Shown here: positions 37,168 through 47,220 of the stretch, piece by piece | Numbering within the stretch: the first letter of the stretch is position 1 | How the letters are laid out: each line of letters opens with the position of its first letter | Source of the DNA: Candidatus Moraniibacteriota bacterium | GTDB taxonomy: Bacteria; Patescibacteriota; Minisyncoccia; Moranbacterales; UBA1568 | Assembly: GCA_016699425.1 (NCBI GenBank) | Contig: CP064975.1 | Coordinates: forward strand, 590,098-654,097 | Reading direction: 5' to 3' | DNA length: 64,000 nt | The notes under the pieces: generated by a model | Told to the model about the DNA's origin: nothing | What the model saw: only the letters and a program-made list of their open reading frames with translations | Database searches by the model: none | Position numbers and translations under genes: made by a program

Positions 37168-38472
37168 CTAATCTAACCAACCCCAATTTTTCAGCTGATT
37201 TCGGCTACTCAATTCAAAAGAAACACCGATATCATCACGGTAAAACGCCTTTGGAATAATGAGGTTTTTAACCCGTGTATATGCTTCGTCCCGCGCCAGT
37301 TCTATTGTCTTCCCGGAGCCACAGACATGAGCGACACAACCACGATTCCCAGCTATGTACAACTCCCCCATATCTTTGCAAGCCGCCTCTTCGAATCCGT
37401 AATGCTGCAACCCATCTAATGAAACCTTCTCTCTGAAAAGAATTGGTAGACCATTCGATGTTTCTGCAGTATGAACGTTCACATAGTAAGGATAGGGCGG
37501 GACAGCTACCGTCACGACGATGCCATACCCAGTCTTGTATTTCAGATCATATGTCTCTCCATCTGCAATCGCTGATAGAAACTCGATCCACGGAGACTCG
37601 TGTAACTCGATTTGAAGAGCTGTCGATGGGTTACCAAAACGAGCAGTGAACTCTAGTGGCCATGCTCCGTCTTGATTGACAATACAATTAATATCCACAT
37701 CTCCGCGGAAATCAATGTCTCTGAGATAATCAGCAACTTTCGCAAGTGTAGAAGAAAACAAGTGATTCTTCTCATTTCCGTCATACCACATCAAAGTACC
37801 CATCTCCGCCGTTTTTGGCCCAATCTCACCAGACATTAAGGCCTTGTGCTCAACATTCATTTCGATCGGACCAACCCAATCCTTACCGTTGAAATAACGT
37901 GCGACGCCAACCTCCACTCCGTCTACGCGCTGTTGCAGGTTTACTGCGGTTACGCCTTGATCCCGATAGTGCTCCAGCATGCCAATAAGGTCAGACTGAT
38001 CCTGGCTCTCGCCGACGAAGCAGAGCGAACTAATGTGCCCCCCATTCACCTTTGCCACCCAGCGATTCTCCGTATGTGTCTCAAGAAATCTCACCGCGTC
38101 CAAGAGATTCGAGAAGGTATAAGCCGGAAGTACATTCATTCCCGCCATTTCAAAGATCTGCTTCCCTACCAATCTATCAGTTTCGATGCGATCACCCTCC
38201 CGACTACCGCCAACTACTCGATACCCTTCCTTACGTAGGCTTGACTGTTCTACTCCGAAACCAATATCATCAAAAATGATAAGACCTTGCTTTCCAACCC
38301 ACGTCAATTCGCCCTTCCAGTCAGTAGTCTTCTGAACAAACCCGTCTAGACCAGAGGCAACTTCCGGATCTTGGATATACATCTTTACCTCACACTGCTC
38401 ACTGATAAGTTTAAATACAAGCTCAGACGCACCGAGTTCTCGGGATATAAAAAGTACTCGCATATTTTTCAT
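37168..38472 (-). CDS. ATP-grasp enzyme, PurD (phosphoribosylamine-glycine ligase)-like
   Basis: Collinear with GARS: MRVLFISRE… (N-domain), GPKTAEMGTL (cf. GPNTGGMGAY), EFTARFGNPST (cf. EFNCRFGDPE). Confidence 0.55.
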   Translation of the reverse strand: MKNMRVLFISRELGASELVFKLISEQCEVKMYIQDPEVASGLDGFVQKTTDWKGELTWVGKQGLIIFDDIGFGVEQSSLRKEGYRVVGGSREGDRIETDRLVGKQIFEMAGMNVLPAYTFSNLLDAVRFLETHTENRWVAKVNGGHISSLCFVGESQDQSDLIGMLEHYRDQGVTAVNLQQRVDGVEVGVARYFNGKDWVGPIEMNVEHKALMSGEIGPKTAEMGTLMWYDGNEKNHLFSSTLAKVADYLRDIDFRGDVDINCIVNQDGAWPLEFTARFGNPSTALQIELHESPWIEFLSAIADGETYDLKYKTGYGIVVTVAVPPYPYYVNVHTAETSNGLPILFREKVSLDGLQHYGFEEAACKDMGELYIAGNRGCVAHVCGSGKTIELARDEAYTRVKNLIIPKAFYRDDIGVSFELSSRNQLKNWGWLD

Positions 38473-38948
38473 TAATCTCCATCGTTCTTCCCCTCACCCT
38501 CAACCATATCCGAAACCGAGTCCGATTCCAATTCTGATACTAAGCCTGATTCACTCTCCTCGTCGACAGAAATCTGGCTACACTGCTCATTCTCCGGAAC
38601 ATTATTTTCACCACAGAACTCCTCTCTACAAGTGGCTACTTCTGAGCAAAGAATCTCCGGGCACGCACCTTCATTCGGACTACACAAAGGAACCTCTGCT
38701 GCCGAGACTGTTCTTATCTTATAGTAGTCAACTTCGCCCTCTTCACAATCTTCCTCACAAACGCGAACAAAACACGCCTCAATATCTGGATCACACACAA
38801 CTTCGCTCACTAGTAAATAATTCCTATCAATGTAAACCCTCTTCACGACAAGTCCGAAGGAAACCATAAAAAAAAGGAGAAAAGCAAGAATAATAGAAAA
38901 CTGTATCTTGCCCCCCCTTACATCCTGGCTCTGCATAGATTCAATCAA
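38472..38948 (-). CDS. Cys-rich acidic membrane-anchored hypothetical protein
   Basis: One TM helix, then 14 Cys in CxxxC/CxEE spacing and an acidic tail; ATGA overlap with the ATP-grasp gene. Confidence 0.45.
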   Translation of the reverse strand: MIESMQSQDVRGGKIQFSIILAFLLFFMVSFGLVVKRVYIDRNYLLVSEVVCDPDIEACFVRVCEEDCEEGEVDYYKIRTVSAAEVPLCSPNEGACPEILCSEVATCREEFCGENNVPENEQCSQISVDEESESGLVSELESDSVSDMVEGEGKNDGD

Positions 38949-39507
38949 ACTTTACTCTGCTTATATTCTACCAGATTATTCCTAAACCACTATAGAAAGT
39001 GCCGAATGTTTAGAATATTCTCACTATGGACACAACTAAAATAGAATCTGCTTGTTGTTAGTACTGCTCGTTGATATTTACCCCGAACGATACGAGAAGT
39101 GGGGATCTATCCTGAAATATCAATAGAAAGAAACACTCAAAGAAGAAAAAGGATTCGTCTCGGAGATGGAGTAATGTCACAACACCTGAAAGCCCCCACT
39201 GACTTATACCTGGGGTTAGATTCCCTTCGGACTTGGCTTACCTGTGCACGACCTAGTCACCGCTGTCCAGCCGAGATCGGCTGCACCAGCGGCAGTGAGG
39301 CTGGCAGCCCGGTCAAAAACGCCGCCAGAACGAAATACCCACCAAATAATAGAAAGACAATGGAAGAAAACACTACTGCCCGGTGAGACCCTTCAGTACG
39401 CATAAATTTTTTGTTTCGTGAGTTCAGTATAGTCCTCTCCATCCAAAAGGCGCAAGCAATCTCGCGACACTTAAGTGTGCTTGAGACTTTCCAGGTGTTT
39501 ATCTATT

Positions 39508-39569
39508 GCAAAAGAAAAAGCGCCCAGGATCCAGTCGGACCCCAGGCACTCAAGACCTCGTTTGTTTTG
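39508..39569. repeat. 62-bp conserved intergenic element, copy 2
   Basis: aagaaaaagcgcccaggatccagtcggaccccaggcactcaagacctcgtttgttttgaaa; 61/62 identical to copy 1. Confidence 0.8.
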
Positions 39570-39588
39570 AAAAAGCTCCACCGTGCCC

Positions 39589-40890
39589 TCAGTTCGTGAC
39601 CGTAATGGTCAGGCCTAAGGGTACTCCAGGGACGTTGTTGACGACTGAAAACGTCTGGATCTCCGTCCAGCTATCACCTTCATTGCTCTCAAAGGCTTCG
39701 TCCTCGGCATCGATCTTGGCTTTGAACGAAATGGTCGAGACCCCGAGTGGGACCGTGTAGTCGATGTGCTCGGTATGCGTAGCACCACTGGGGAGGTTGG
39801 TGGCCTGGATGTATTCGCGCTTGAGGAAGAACCAATCACCGAGGTCCAGACGAGCGTAGAGATCGACTTCGATTCGGTTCTTGCCGGGACGCATGTGGTC
39901 ATGGGTGTCGCCGTCCTTGGCTTTGACTTGGATCCGGGGTTGAATAACCTGACCAACTCGGACAGTTGATGTGGCCGGGTCAAGATCGGTACCCGATGCC
40001 ACGTCCCGCACCCAGAAACGGTTGACTTTCAGGTTAAAGGGGTCAGTACCGGCACCACCAAACACGCCATAGTGCTTGGTATCACTCGTTGCAACCCGAC
40101 CAGAGATCCGAGAACAGAGTCCCATAGTTGGATTGGAGAGACAGTAGGTCCTGTCCTGAGTGATATGGATGAAGTAATGTGGAAACTTAACGTCATTCGG
40201 ATCAGCGCTCTTGCACACCTTTCTCGCCCCAGTCCGACGGCCAAAGTTAAGTTCGTTGTCCCAGTTGTACTCAGAGACCTGCACGCACTTCACCCCGTTG
40301 TCTGCTCCGTCTGGTTCACCGTCTTCCTCTACTAGGGCAACATGGCCGTACTTATTGGCAGCGCGAATGATATTACCTTTCACATCTTTTTTCGCATCCC
40401 AGGCTTCCCAGACTGCGATATCTCCCTCGAATGCCCCGTTGAGACGGCTCTTTTCGAATGTGAACCTGTCTCGAGCGCCAGTGATTCCGATTTCGGATAC
40501 TCGAGCAGCATCGAACCAGTGATACCCACTCCCCCATGTCTGGCCGTAGTAGCTGTTCTTGAACTCGGGAGTTGTATTCCCCCAAGCCTCGTTCAGTTTA
40601 CTGGCCACATAAGAGGTACAGTTGCACTGGGCAAAACTCCATTTGTCGATGAAGTAACTCAGGTTATCCCACCGATATCTTGAGGTGCTGGCTATGTACT
40701 TGAAAGAATCAGCACTAGAGAGCACTCCTCCAGCCACCTGCTTTGTCTCATTTTCTCGTGTGACTTCGTCACCTTCATCTTTTGGACACTTGTCACGATA
40801 GAGGTATGTATCGTTTGTGTCTTCAGCAAAAGATGGAGATGGGGCAAACTGAAACATCAATGTACATAAGAAACACAGGAAAACTCGCAT
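39589..40890 (-). CDS. secreted CHAP-domain peptidoglycan hydrolase with C-terminal CARDB-like domain
   Basis: Start at MRVFLCF with RBS gaaggaggtgatagaATG (signal peptide). CHAP catalytic Cys (CNCTSYVASKL) and His (GHVALVEE). C-terminal …AEDEAFESNEGDSWTEIQTFSVVNN… resembles the CARDB motif. Confidence 0.75.
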   Translation of the reverse strand: MRVFLCFLCTLMFQFAPSPSFAEDTNDTYLYRDKCPKDEGDEVTRENETKQVAGGVLSSADSFKYIASTSRYRWDNLSYFIDKWSFAQCNCTSYVASKLNEAWGNTTPEFKNSYYGQTWGSGYHWFDAARVSEIGITGARDRFTFEKSRLNGAFEGDIAVWEAWDAKKDVKGNIIRAANKYGHVALVEEDGEPDGADNGVKCVQVSEYNWDNELNFGRRTGARKVCKSADPNDVKFPHYFIHITQDRTYCLSNPTMGLCSRISGRVATSDTKHYGVFGGAGTDPFNLKVNRFWVRDVASGTDLDPATSTVRVGQVIQPRIQVKAKDGDTHDHMRPGKNRIEVDLYARLDLGDWFFLKREYIQATNLPSGATHTEHIDYTVPLGVSTISFKAKIDAEDEAFESNEGDSWTEIQTFSVVNNVPGVPLGLTITVTN

Positions 40891-41007
40891 TCTATCACCT
40901 CCTTCGGTTGGAAAAGGACCACTCGCCAATGATACTGACGAGTCCTGAAACGATTATAGGTAAGTCGTTTCAAGACTAGCCACCATAAAGTATGGATCTT
41001 TGAATAG

Positions 41008-41688
41008 CTACCGAATCTCTTCCACTGAGGCGAAGACTTTCTTTAGGACTACAGATTGCGTTTCAATAAAATTCCCAATCCTGTTCTTTTCTTCACTCGA
41101 AATCTCTGATCGCAACCATTTACTATCATCGCTGTGGAAGCACATTGGAACTGTGGGGACATCTTCACCCGTTGGGATACCAAACGCAATAAAGAAGTCA
41201 GTGAACTGCAAACGTCCAATGAAGAAATCGGAAGGGGTCGACCATTCTTTCATGTCGCCTGCTTCTTTAGTAAAGTATCCGATAGCCCGCGTCCCTGGCT
41301 CACAAGCGGGCTCGAGCCCTAAGAGTGAATGAGAAGAAAAATGCACAGTTTCATGAAATGGCGTAGAGAATTTTTTTTCACCTTCAGTAATTTTCCCGTC
41401 TGACTTCGAATAAATGTATATCAAATCCTCTGCAAACTCTCTGTTTAACTTCATCCGGATACCCATCTCCGGGATGTTGTACCAGACCTCATCGGCATTC
41501 CCAGGGATAGTCTCGATGTGCTGGGGATACTTCTCTGTTTCAGCTTGGATGGGAGCCTGAGCGACTGGTTCAGACACGATTGGTTGATTCATCGCTCCCG
41601 GGCGGTTTTGGAGACACCAAAAGGCGCCAGCAATGACGGCGAGGAGAGTGATAAGGATGATCGTGAGGAAGAGGGGTTTCTGATGCAT
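41008..41688 (-). CDS. membrane-anchored hypothetical protein, paralog family A
   Basis: Paralog of 31486-32136; immediately upstream of the CHAP hydrolase gene. Confidence 0.6.
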   Translation of the reverse strand: MHQKPLFLTIILITLLAVIAGAFWCLQNRPGAMNQPIVSEPVAQAPIQAETEKYPQHIETIPGNADEVWYNIPEMGIRMKLNREFAEDLIYIYSKSDGKITEGEKKFSTPFHETVHFSSHSLLGLEPACEPGTRAIGYFTKEAGDMKEWSTPSDFFIGRLQFTDFFIAFGIPTGEDVPTVPMCFHSDDSKWLRSEISSEEKNRIGNFIETQSVVLKKVFASVEEIR

Positions 41689-41740
41689 AGAAATTAAAGG
41701 TGGAGATTAGCAAAAAAAAAATACAAGTTGTCAAATTCTT

Positions 41741-44302
41741 CTACCCGCCCAGGTCCGCCTCGGTGAAGGTGATTTCGGCCCCTTCGGCGAGCGTGCCTTC
41801 GAGGAGACGCTTCACGATCGTGTCTTCCACGACATCGGCGATATAGCGGTTGATCGAGCGCGCACCGAACTCGCGTTCGTAGCCATGTGCGACGACCGCG
41901 CGGATCGCGTCGGGTGTGAATGCGAGTTTCACTTTCTTTTCCTTATAGAGCTTGTCGGCAAAGGCCTGCAGCCGAAGAGTGGTCACCTGTTCCATCTCCT
42001 CCGTCGTGAGTGAATTAAAGAGGATGACTCCATCGAAACGGTTCAGGAATTCCGGCCGGAACGTACCTTTGGCGATGATCGCATCCATGAGTTCGTCTTT
42101 GATCTCGACCATCGAGCGGCCCGCCCCGGTTGCTTCGTGAATCATGTCCGCGCCGGCATTTGAGGTCGCGATGACGATCGTGTTCCGGAAGTTCACCTTG
42201 TGACCAAAGCCATCCGTAACATAGCCTTCATCGAGGATCTGGAGGAAGAGATCAAGTGCCCGTGGGTATGCCTTCTCCAGTTCATCGAGGAGGAGGATGG
42301 AATACGGTCGTTCTTTGATGAGGGACGTCATCCGGCCTTGGACATTCATCTCGGCTGAGCCAATGAGCTCATCGATTGATTGCGGTGTCTGAAATTCGCT
42401 CATGTCGAGTCGGACCATCCGGTTCTCGTCCCCGAAATACACCGCTGCTAGGGCTTTGGCGGTTTCCGTCTTGCCGACACCGGTCGGACCGAGGAAGAGG
42501 AAGGAGCCAATCGGTTTCTTGTCGTTCCCGAGTCCCGCGCGCGCCTTGCGGAAGGCCTCGGACATTTGTTTGATGGCTTCCTCTTGCCCGATGACTCGCT
42601 CATGGAGGAGTGCTTCCAAATTGAGCAGTTTCTGCCGCTCCTCTTCATTCGCTTCGCCCATCGGGATACCAGATTTCGCTTCGAGGAAATCCTCGACGGT
42701 TGTCCGTTCGATAAAAGCGAGATCGGGATGCTTCTCCCAATAGATAAGCACTTCCTGAGCGAGATCGATGGCCCGCTCCGGAAATGGCATCTCCCAATTG
42801 TAACGCTCGGAACCATCAACGATCGCCTGAAGCGCCTGGATGGTGAAGACCGGACGATTTTTCTCAAGCGTCTTGAAGGTATCGACGAGAATGGTGATCG
42901 TCTCTTCTTGCGTCGGTTCGGGTACTTGAATGGCCTCGAAGTACTTGAGCGCGGGGATCTGACGCTGACCCAAGGTGTGATAGGCCTCAGCCGTCATCAG
43001 CCCGATGATGCGGCAGGTCGGCAGCGAGAGGTAATCGTTCAGGACATCACTGACCGCCATATCGCTCTCGGGATCGAGGAAGAGGTTGATGTTTTCGATG
43101 ACCAGAACGACATTACCAGCATAGACCGCGCCGTTCAAGAGATCACGCAAGAGTCCTTTGGGGTCAATCCCCTGCGACCGACCGTCCGAGATGACCTGTC
43201 CCATGTCAAAGATGACCACGCGTGCCTCATCGATGATTTTGTCGGTGAAGGAATTTTCCCGGATGCGACGAGCGAAGGCATGGACGAGCGAACGTTTGCC
43301 GATACCAGGGTCACCCACGAGGAGCGCACTATTGTCCGTCGGTCGCGACAAGGTGAGCGTGAGCATCTCCATCACTGGTTCGCGCCCAACAAGCTCTTGA
43401 TGCGCATAGTTACTGAAATCATGCTCGGACAGATCGCTGATGTAGTGATCAAGGCGCGGTGTATAGGCATAGGCCCAGTACTTGCCGATGCGGGTCGCCT
43501 GGCGAAGTTCGGTCCATTCCCAGAATCGGCTCTGACGTTCTTTCGCGGCATAGGCGGCACCCTCGATCGCCCAGGCCAGGTCGAATAGTTCCGGCGTGAG
43601 GTGATGAGCCGAGAGAAAAGCTGTGCGCTGCTCTGGCACGGCGATCACCTCTGCCCGCGCCTCTTTGGCGGCGAGTCCCAATCGCATCATCGCCCGACCG
43701 CGCCACGGTGCGTGCTCGGGCTGTACCGTATAGTCGATCCGGCCGCGTTCATACTCATGCCACGCGAGCACCGCAACGATTGTCACGACAATCGCGACGA
43801 CGAAAGCAGCGATACCGGCGAACGTCCCAAAGAGCCCGCCGATGATGACACTGCCCCCGATGAGGATGAGCGGGGCGAGAGCCGCGAAGAGGGACAGGGC
43901 GATGACGGCGACCGCCATGAGCACGATGGCACCGAAACCCCAGGCCAAGACGACCGAACGGACAATCGCACCGAGAAAACGGGTGATCAGGTTATTCGCG
44001 AGGGCCTGGACAAAGAGAATCGGGTGCAGCCCCTGCCAAGTATGAAAGCTGATGTCACGCTTCCACGGCGAGATGAGCGTCCGGAAGAGACCGACGACAT
44101 TGAAGCGGTGCAAAACATAACGGACATAATTGCCCGCAATCCTCGCAATCGAGAGGATCCCGACGGAATAGTACCAAAGGAAGAAATTCATCTCAGAACG
44201 TTTTTGTCTGTTTTCTCTATTGTACCGTTTCGATACCCTTTCGTAAATTGAAGCCAGGCCTGTTTTTGCGTATACTAGAGCCATACTATGATATTCCCTC
44301 AT
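41741..44302 (-). CDS. Clp/Hsp100-family AAA+ ATPase (two AAA modules) with N-terminal transmembrane region
   Basis: Walker A1 GDPGIGKRS, Walker A2 GPTGVGKTE, sensor-2 region (…REFGARSINRYI…). Residues ~100-180 are strongly hydrophobic (GAIVLMAVAVIALSLFAALAPLILIGGSVIIGGLFG…). Confidence 0.75.
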   Translation of the reverse strand: MREYHSMALVYAKTGLASIYERVSKRYNRENRQKRSEMNFFLWYYSVGILSIARIAGNYVRYVLHRFNVVGLFRTLISPWKRDISFHTWQGLHPILFVQALANNLITRFLGAIVRSVVLAWGFGAIVLMAVAVIALSLFAALAPLILIGGSVIIGGLFGTFAGIAAFVVAIVVTIVAVLAWHEYERGRIDYTVQPEHAPWRGRAMMRLGLAAKEARAEVIAVPEQRTAFLSAHHLTPELFDLAWAIEGAAYAAKERQSRFWEWTELRQATRIGKYWAYAYTPRLDHYISDLSEHDFSNYAHQELVGREPVMEMLTLTLSRPTDNSALLVGDPGIGKRSLVHAFARRIRENSFTDKIIDEARVVIFDMGQVISDGRSQGIDPKGLLRDLLNGAVYAGNVVLVIENINLFLDPESDMAVSDVLNDYLSLPTCRIIGLMTAEAYHTLGQRQIPALKYFEAIQVPEPTQEETITILVDTFKTLEKNRPVFTIQALQAIVDGSERYNWEMPFPERAIDLAQEVLIYWEKHPDLAFIERTTVEDFLEAKSGIPMGEANEEERQKLLNLEALLHERVIGQEEAIKQMSEAFRKARAGLGNDKKPIGSFLFLGPTGVGKTETAKALAAVYFGDENRMVRLDMSEFQTPQSIDELIGSAEMNVQGRMTSLIKERPYSILLLDELEKAYPRALDLFLQILDEGYVTDGFGHKVNFRNTIVIATSNAGADMIHEATGAGRSMVEIKDELMDAIIAKGTFRPEFLNRFDGVILFNSLTTEEMEQVTTLRLQAFADKLYKEKKVKLAFTPDAIRAVVAHGYEREFGARSINRYIADVVEDTIVKRLLEGTLAEGAEITFTEADLGG

Positions 44303-46027
44303 CTCCTCTCTCGTTCGCCGTGGCTGATCGCCCTCTCTGGCTTCGTGCTCGCTCTCACGCTCGCTCTCACGCTCGCGCTATTCGGCTGGTTCCATCCGAC
44401 GCTGATTTTTGTTGCGGGCGGGTTTCTTTTCGGCGGCCTCGGTCTCGCCCTATTCGCTCTGTATCGGGAGCGTGACTGGTTGCGACTCTGCCTCATCAGC
44501 GGACTGACACTCTTGGCCATCCTCATCGCCCTCCGCGCCGAACCAACTATCTTCACCGGCCGCGACCAAGGATCAATCGCTCTTGCCGCGCTCGAACTCG
44601 CCGAGCGGCATGAACTCGCGTTCCAAACACCTGTTTCCGACGCCTTCTTCGCCATCTATGGTCCCGGCCGCGCGCTCAATTTCCCCGGTTTCTCTTACAG
44701 CGATTCTGGTGCGCTCCTCACTCAATTTCCCCTCGGCTATATCTCATACCTGGCGCTCTTCGCAAGCTGGTTCGGCCTCATTGGCCTCCTCCTGGCCAAT
44801 GCGCTCCTGTTCACTCTTTCCGGCTGGACTTTTTTTGAACTCGCTTCGCTCTTCGTCACCCGACGGAATGCGGTCCTCGGTACCACGCTCTTTGCGACAT
44901 CATTCCTCACGATCTGGCTCGCCCAGATGACACTGACCGAAAATCTCGCCCTCCTCCTCTTTCTCACCCTCGCCGTCGCACTCGTCCGCTTTGAACGCGA
45001 AGACGACCGCCACTTTCTCCCCCTGATTATCGTCACCGGATTTTTCCTCGCCCTGACACGTATCGAGGGCTTCGTCATCGCACCGCTCGCACTCGCTTTC
45101 ATACTCTGGCGGCCGATACTCCGCGCTCATCTCTTCACACTCCCTCGGAGGTGGTTCATCCCTGCCGTTCTCTTCCTCGGTTTTCTTCTCCTCCGTGATC
45201 TCTTCATGAATCTCCCCTTCTACACCATGATTGGCAAAGCGGCCGTCCGGTACTGGCACGAACTCGGGGCGATCGGCGGTGACAGTACCGAGCCACGACT
45301 TGGACCAATCCTTTCCTCCTACGGTCTCTTCCCCGTCTTCATCCTCGGTATCGCTTCGCTCGCGTTAGGCCTCATGCGACGCCGATTCACCCTCTTCATC
45401 CCCGTCCTGCTCGCGCTGCCAACTTTTGTCTATCTCCTGAACGGCCATATCTCGGATGACCACCCGTGGCTCTTGCGCCGTTACGCCTTCACACTGTTCC
45501 CCGTTTTCCTCCTCGCGACTGTCGTTCTCTCGCAAGTAGTAATAGACAAAGTGAATGCGGGCCGGAAATCTTTGGTTACCCTCGGCGTGTTCGGCCTCCT
45601 CTTCCTTCTCCAGGCGTGGCCAGCATATCAGGCCCTCTCGGTGATCGAGTATCAGACGCTCCACGCTCAAGCGACCGATTTCGGTAAGCAATTCACGCCG
45701 CACGACCTCATCCTCATCGACCGAGCAGCCACCGGTGATCCGTTCGCGTTGATCGCTGGTCCACTCATGAGTCTCGACGGGAAAAACGCCGCCTATTTCT
45801 TTAATCCCGATGACTACGTCCGTCTCGATCGGAGCGCTTTCGACCGTATTTATCTGCTCACGACCGAGGACACCGTCGGCCACTTCGCCGAGGCTTTCGG
45901 AGACCATCTTCTCCCCGTCGAAGTCCGCTCATTCTCCTTCCCCTCGCTCGCCGCGCCGAAACCCTTTGCCTGGCCGATCGAGAAAACTGTTGGGAGTGAC
46001 GCGATACTCTTTGAGATAACCCCCTGA
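44288..46027 (+). CDS. polytopic membrane protein (possible GT-C/ArnT-like glycosyltransferase)
   Basis: 579 aa, more than 12 TM helices, C-terminal soluble domain. Contains a 12-bp tandem repeat (gctctcacgctc x2.5 at 44349-44385) coding ALTLALTLAL. Confidence 0.4.
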   Translation: MIFPHLLSRSPWLIALSGFVLALTLALTLALFGWFHPTLIFVAGGFLFGGLGLALFALYRERDWLRLCLISGLTLLAILIALRAEPTIFTGRDQGSIALAALELAERHELAFQTPVSDAFFAIYGPGRALNFPGFSYSDSGALLTQFPLGYISYLALFASWFGLIGLLLANALLFTLSGWTFFELASLFVTRRNAVLGTTLFATSFLTIWLAQMTLTENLALLLFLTLAVALVRFEREDDRHFLPLIIVTGFFLALTRIEGFVIAPLALAFILWRPILRAHLFTLPRRWFIPAVLFLGFLLLRDLFMNLPFYTMIGKAAVRYWHELGAIGGDSTEPRLGPILSSYGLFPVFILGIASLALGLMRRRFTLFIPVLLALPTFVYLLNGHISDDHPWLLRRYAFTLFPVFLLATVVLSQVVIDKVNAGRKSLVTLGVFGLLFLLQAWPAYQALSVIEYQTLHAQATDFGKQFTPHDLILIDRAATGDPFALIAGPLMSLDGKNAAYFFNPDDYVRLDRSAFDRIYLLTTEDTVGHFAEAFGDHLLPVEVRSFSFPSLAAPKPFAWPIEKTVGSDAILFEITP

Positions 46028-46030
46028 TCT

Positions 46031-47215
46031 TTGTCTATGGAGCCACCCCTTACGCCCATTCCCACACGTCTCCAACCGCTCTATACGAAGCTCCGTATCA
46101 CACTCGCGATTGGTCTCGCACTGGCTGGTCTCGCGCTTGTCTATACTTTTCTGTTCCCGACGGTGACGACTGGCTTTGACTTCCGCAATCCGAAATCGAG
46201 CCGGAATCAGATCTTCGAGCCGCGCGCTGAATCGGGCACACCGCGAACGAATGGCAAACTCGAAGCGCTCGGCCGCCTCGTCGCCAACACGAGCCCGCTC
46301 GGAAATTTTTCGCACCTCACGGTCAGTATCGATCTCGAGAAGCAATCCGAAACCCCGAGCCAAATCGCAGTCAGCATTCGGAAGGGGTATCGCGCCTTCC
46401 TCTATCCGACTGGGGCTGAGATCACCGACTTTCCACAATCAACCGTCTACCGCATCCGCGATACATACTATGAGTCACGAAGTGGTGTACTGTATCCCTT
46501 TGTCAGTGAAGCGGCGTATCTCTCACGTTACCCGGCCAGTCATACCACACTTGAAGCGGACGATTTTGGCTGCATCGGAATAGCAAACTGCGATGGTAGA
46601 GTAGATGTTTCCGATCAATTCATTGGGTTCCGCGTCGGCACGCTCCTCTCGTTCGCCGATGGTGTCTACGTGGTCACGAGCGAATCCGAGATCCGCCCTA
46701 TCGGCAGCGCCGAGATCTTCCTGGCGCTCGGCTACCGTTTCGAGGACGTCTTGCCAGCCAATGAAGAAGATCTGGGGATATACAAACGCGGTCGCATTCT
46801 CCTTATGGGCGCCCCGCACCCAGACGGCACCCTCTTCGTGGACCAAGACACCAGCACACTCTTTCTCATTGAGGGCGAGATGCGCCATCCAGTCAAACCG
46901 GGCGCGTACCATGATTTCCTCTTCGCCAACTCGCATCCGATAACCGCGAGCGAGTCCGGAAGTCGTCGGAGTGCTCAATGCACAGCCACATCCGGATTGC
47001 TCCCGCGTGCGCTCGATTGTGTCACTGAGCTTGGAACTCTTGACGGCGTCATCGGGTCAGACTATGAAGTGACGCTCTCGGACAATGACGTAGCGATCGA
47101 CATCGCGAACCTGACCCTCGCCTTCGAGACTCGCCTCAGTTCCGACAACCTGACGACGCTCCTCGCCAAAGTGAAACAGCGCATCCTCGCCCGCTTTGGT
47201 CTCGCCACACCGTAA
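46031..47215 (+). CDS. membrane-anchored hypothetical protein
   Basis: 394 aa, N-terminal TM helix; no recognisable family. Confidence 0.45.
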   Translation: MSMEPPLTPIPTRLQPLYTKLRITLAIGLALAGLALVYTFLFPTVTTGFDFRNPKSSRNQIFEPRAESGTPRTNGKLEALGRLVANTSPLGNFSHLTVSIDLEKQSETPSQIAVSIRKGYRAFLYPTGAEITDFPQSTVYRIRDTYYESRSGVLYPFVSEAAYLSRYPASHTTLEADDFGCIGIANCDGRVDVSDQFIGFRVGTLLSFADGVYVVTSESEIRPIGSAEIFLALGYRFEDVLPANEEDLGIYKRGRILLMGAPHPDGTLFVDQDTSTLFLIEGEMRHPVKPGAYHDFLFANSHPITASESGSRRSAQCTATSGLLPRALDCVTELGTLDGVIGSDYEVTLSDNDVAIDIANLTLAFETRLSSDNLTTLLAKVKQRILARFGLATP

Positions 47216-47220
47216 TCCCT

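Noticed and set aside
38950-39507. Structured ncRNA in the 560-bp spacer (39257-39442 61-aa ORF; cagccgagatcggctg hairpin)
   Set aside because: No match to motifs of RNase P, SRP, tmRNA or 6S that I can recognise by eye, and the small ORF has no support. Left uncalled.
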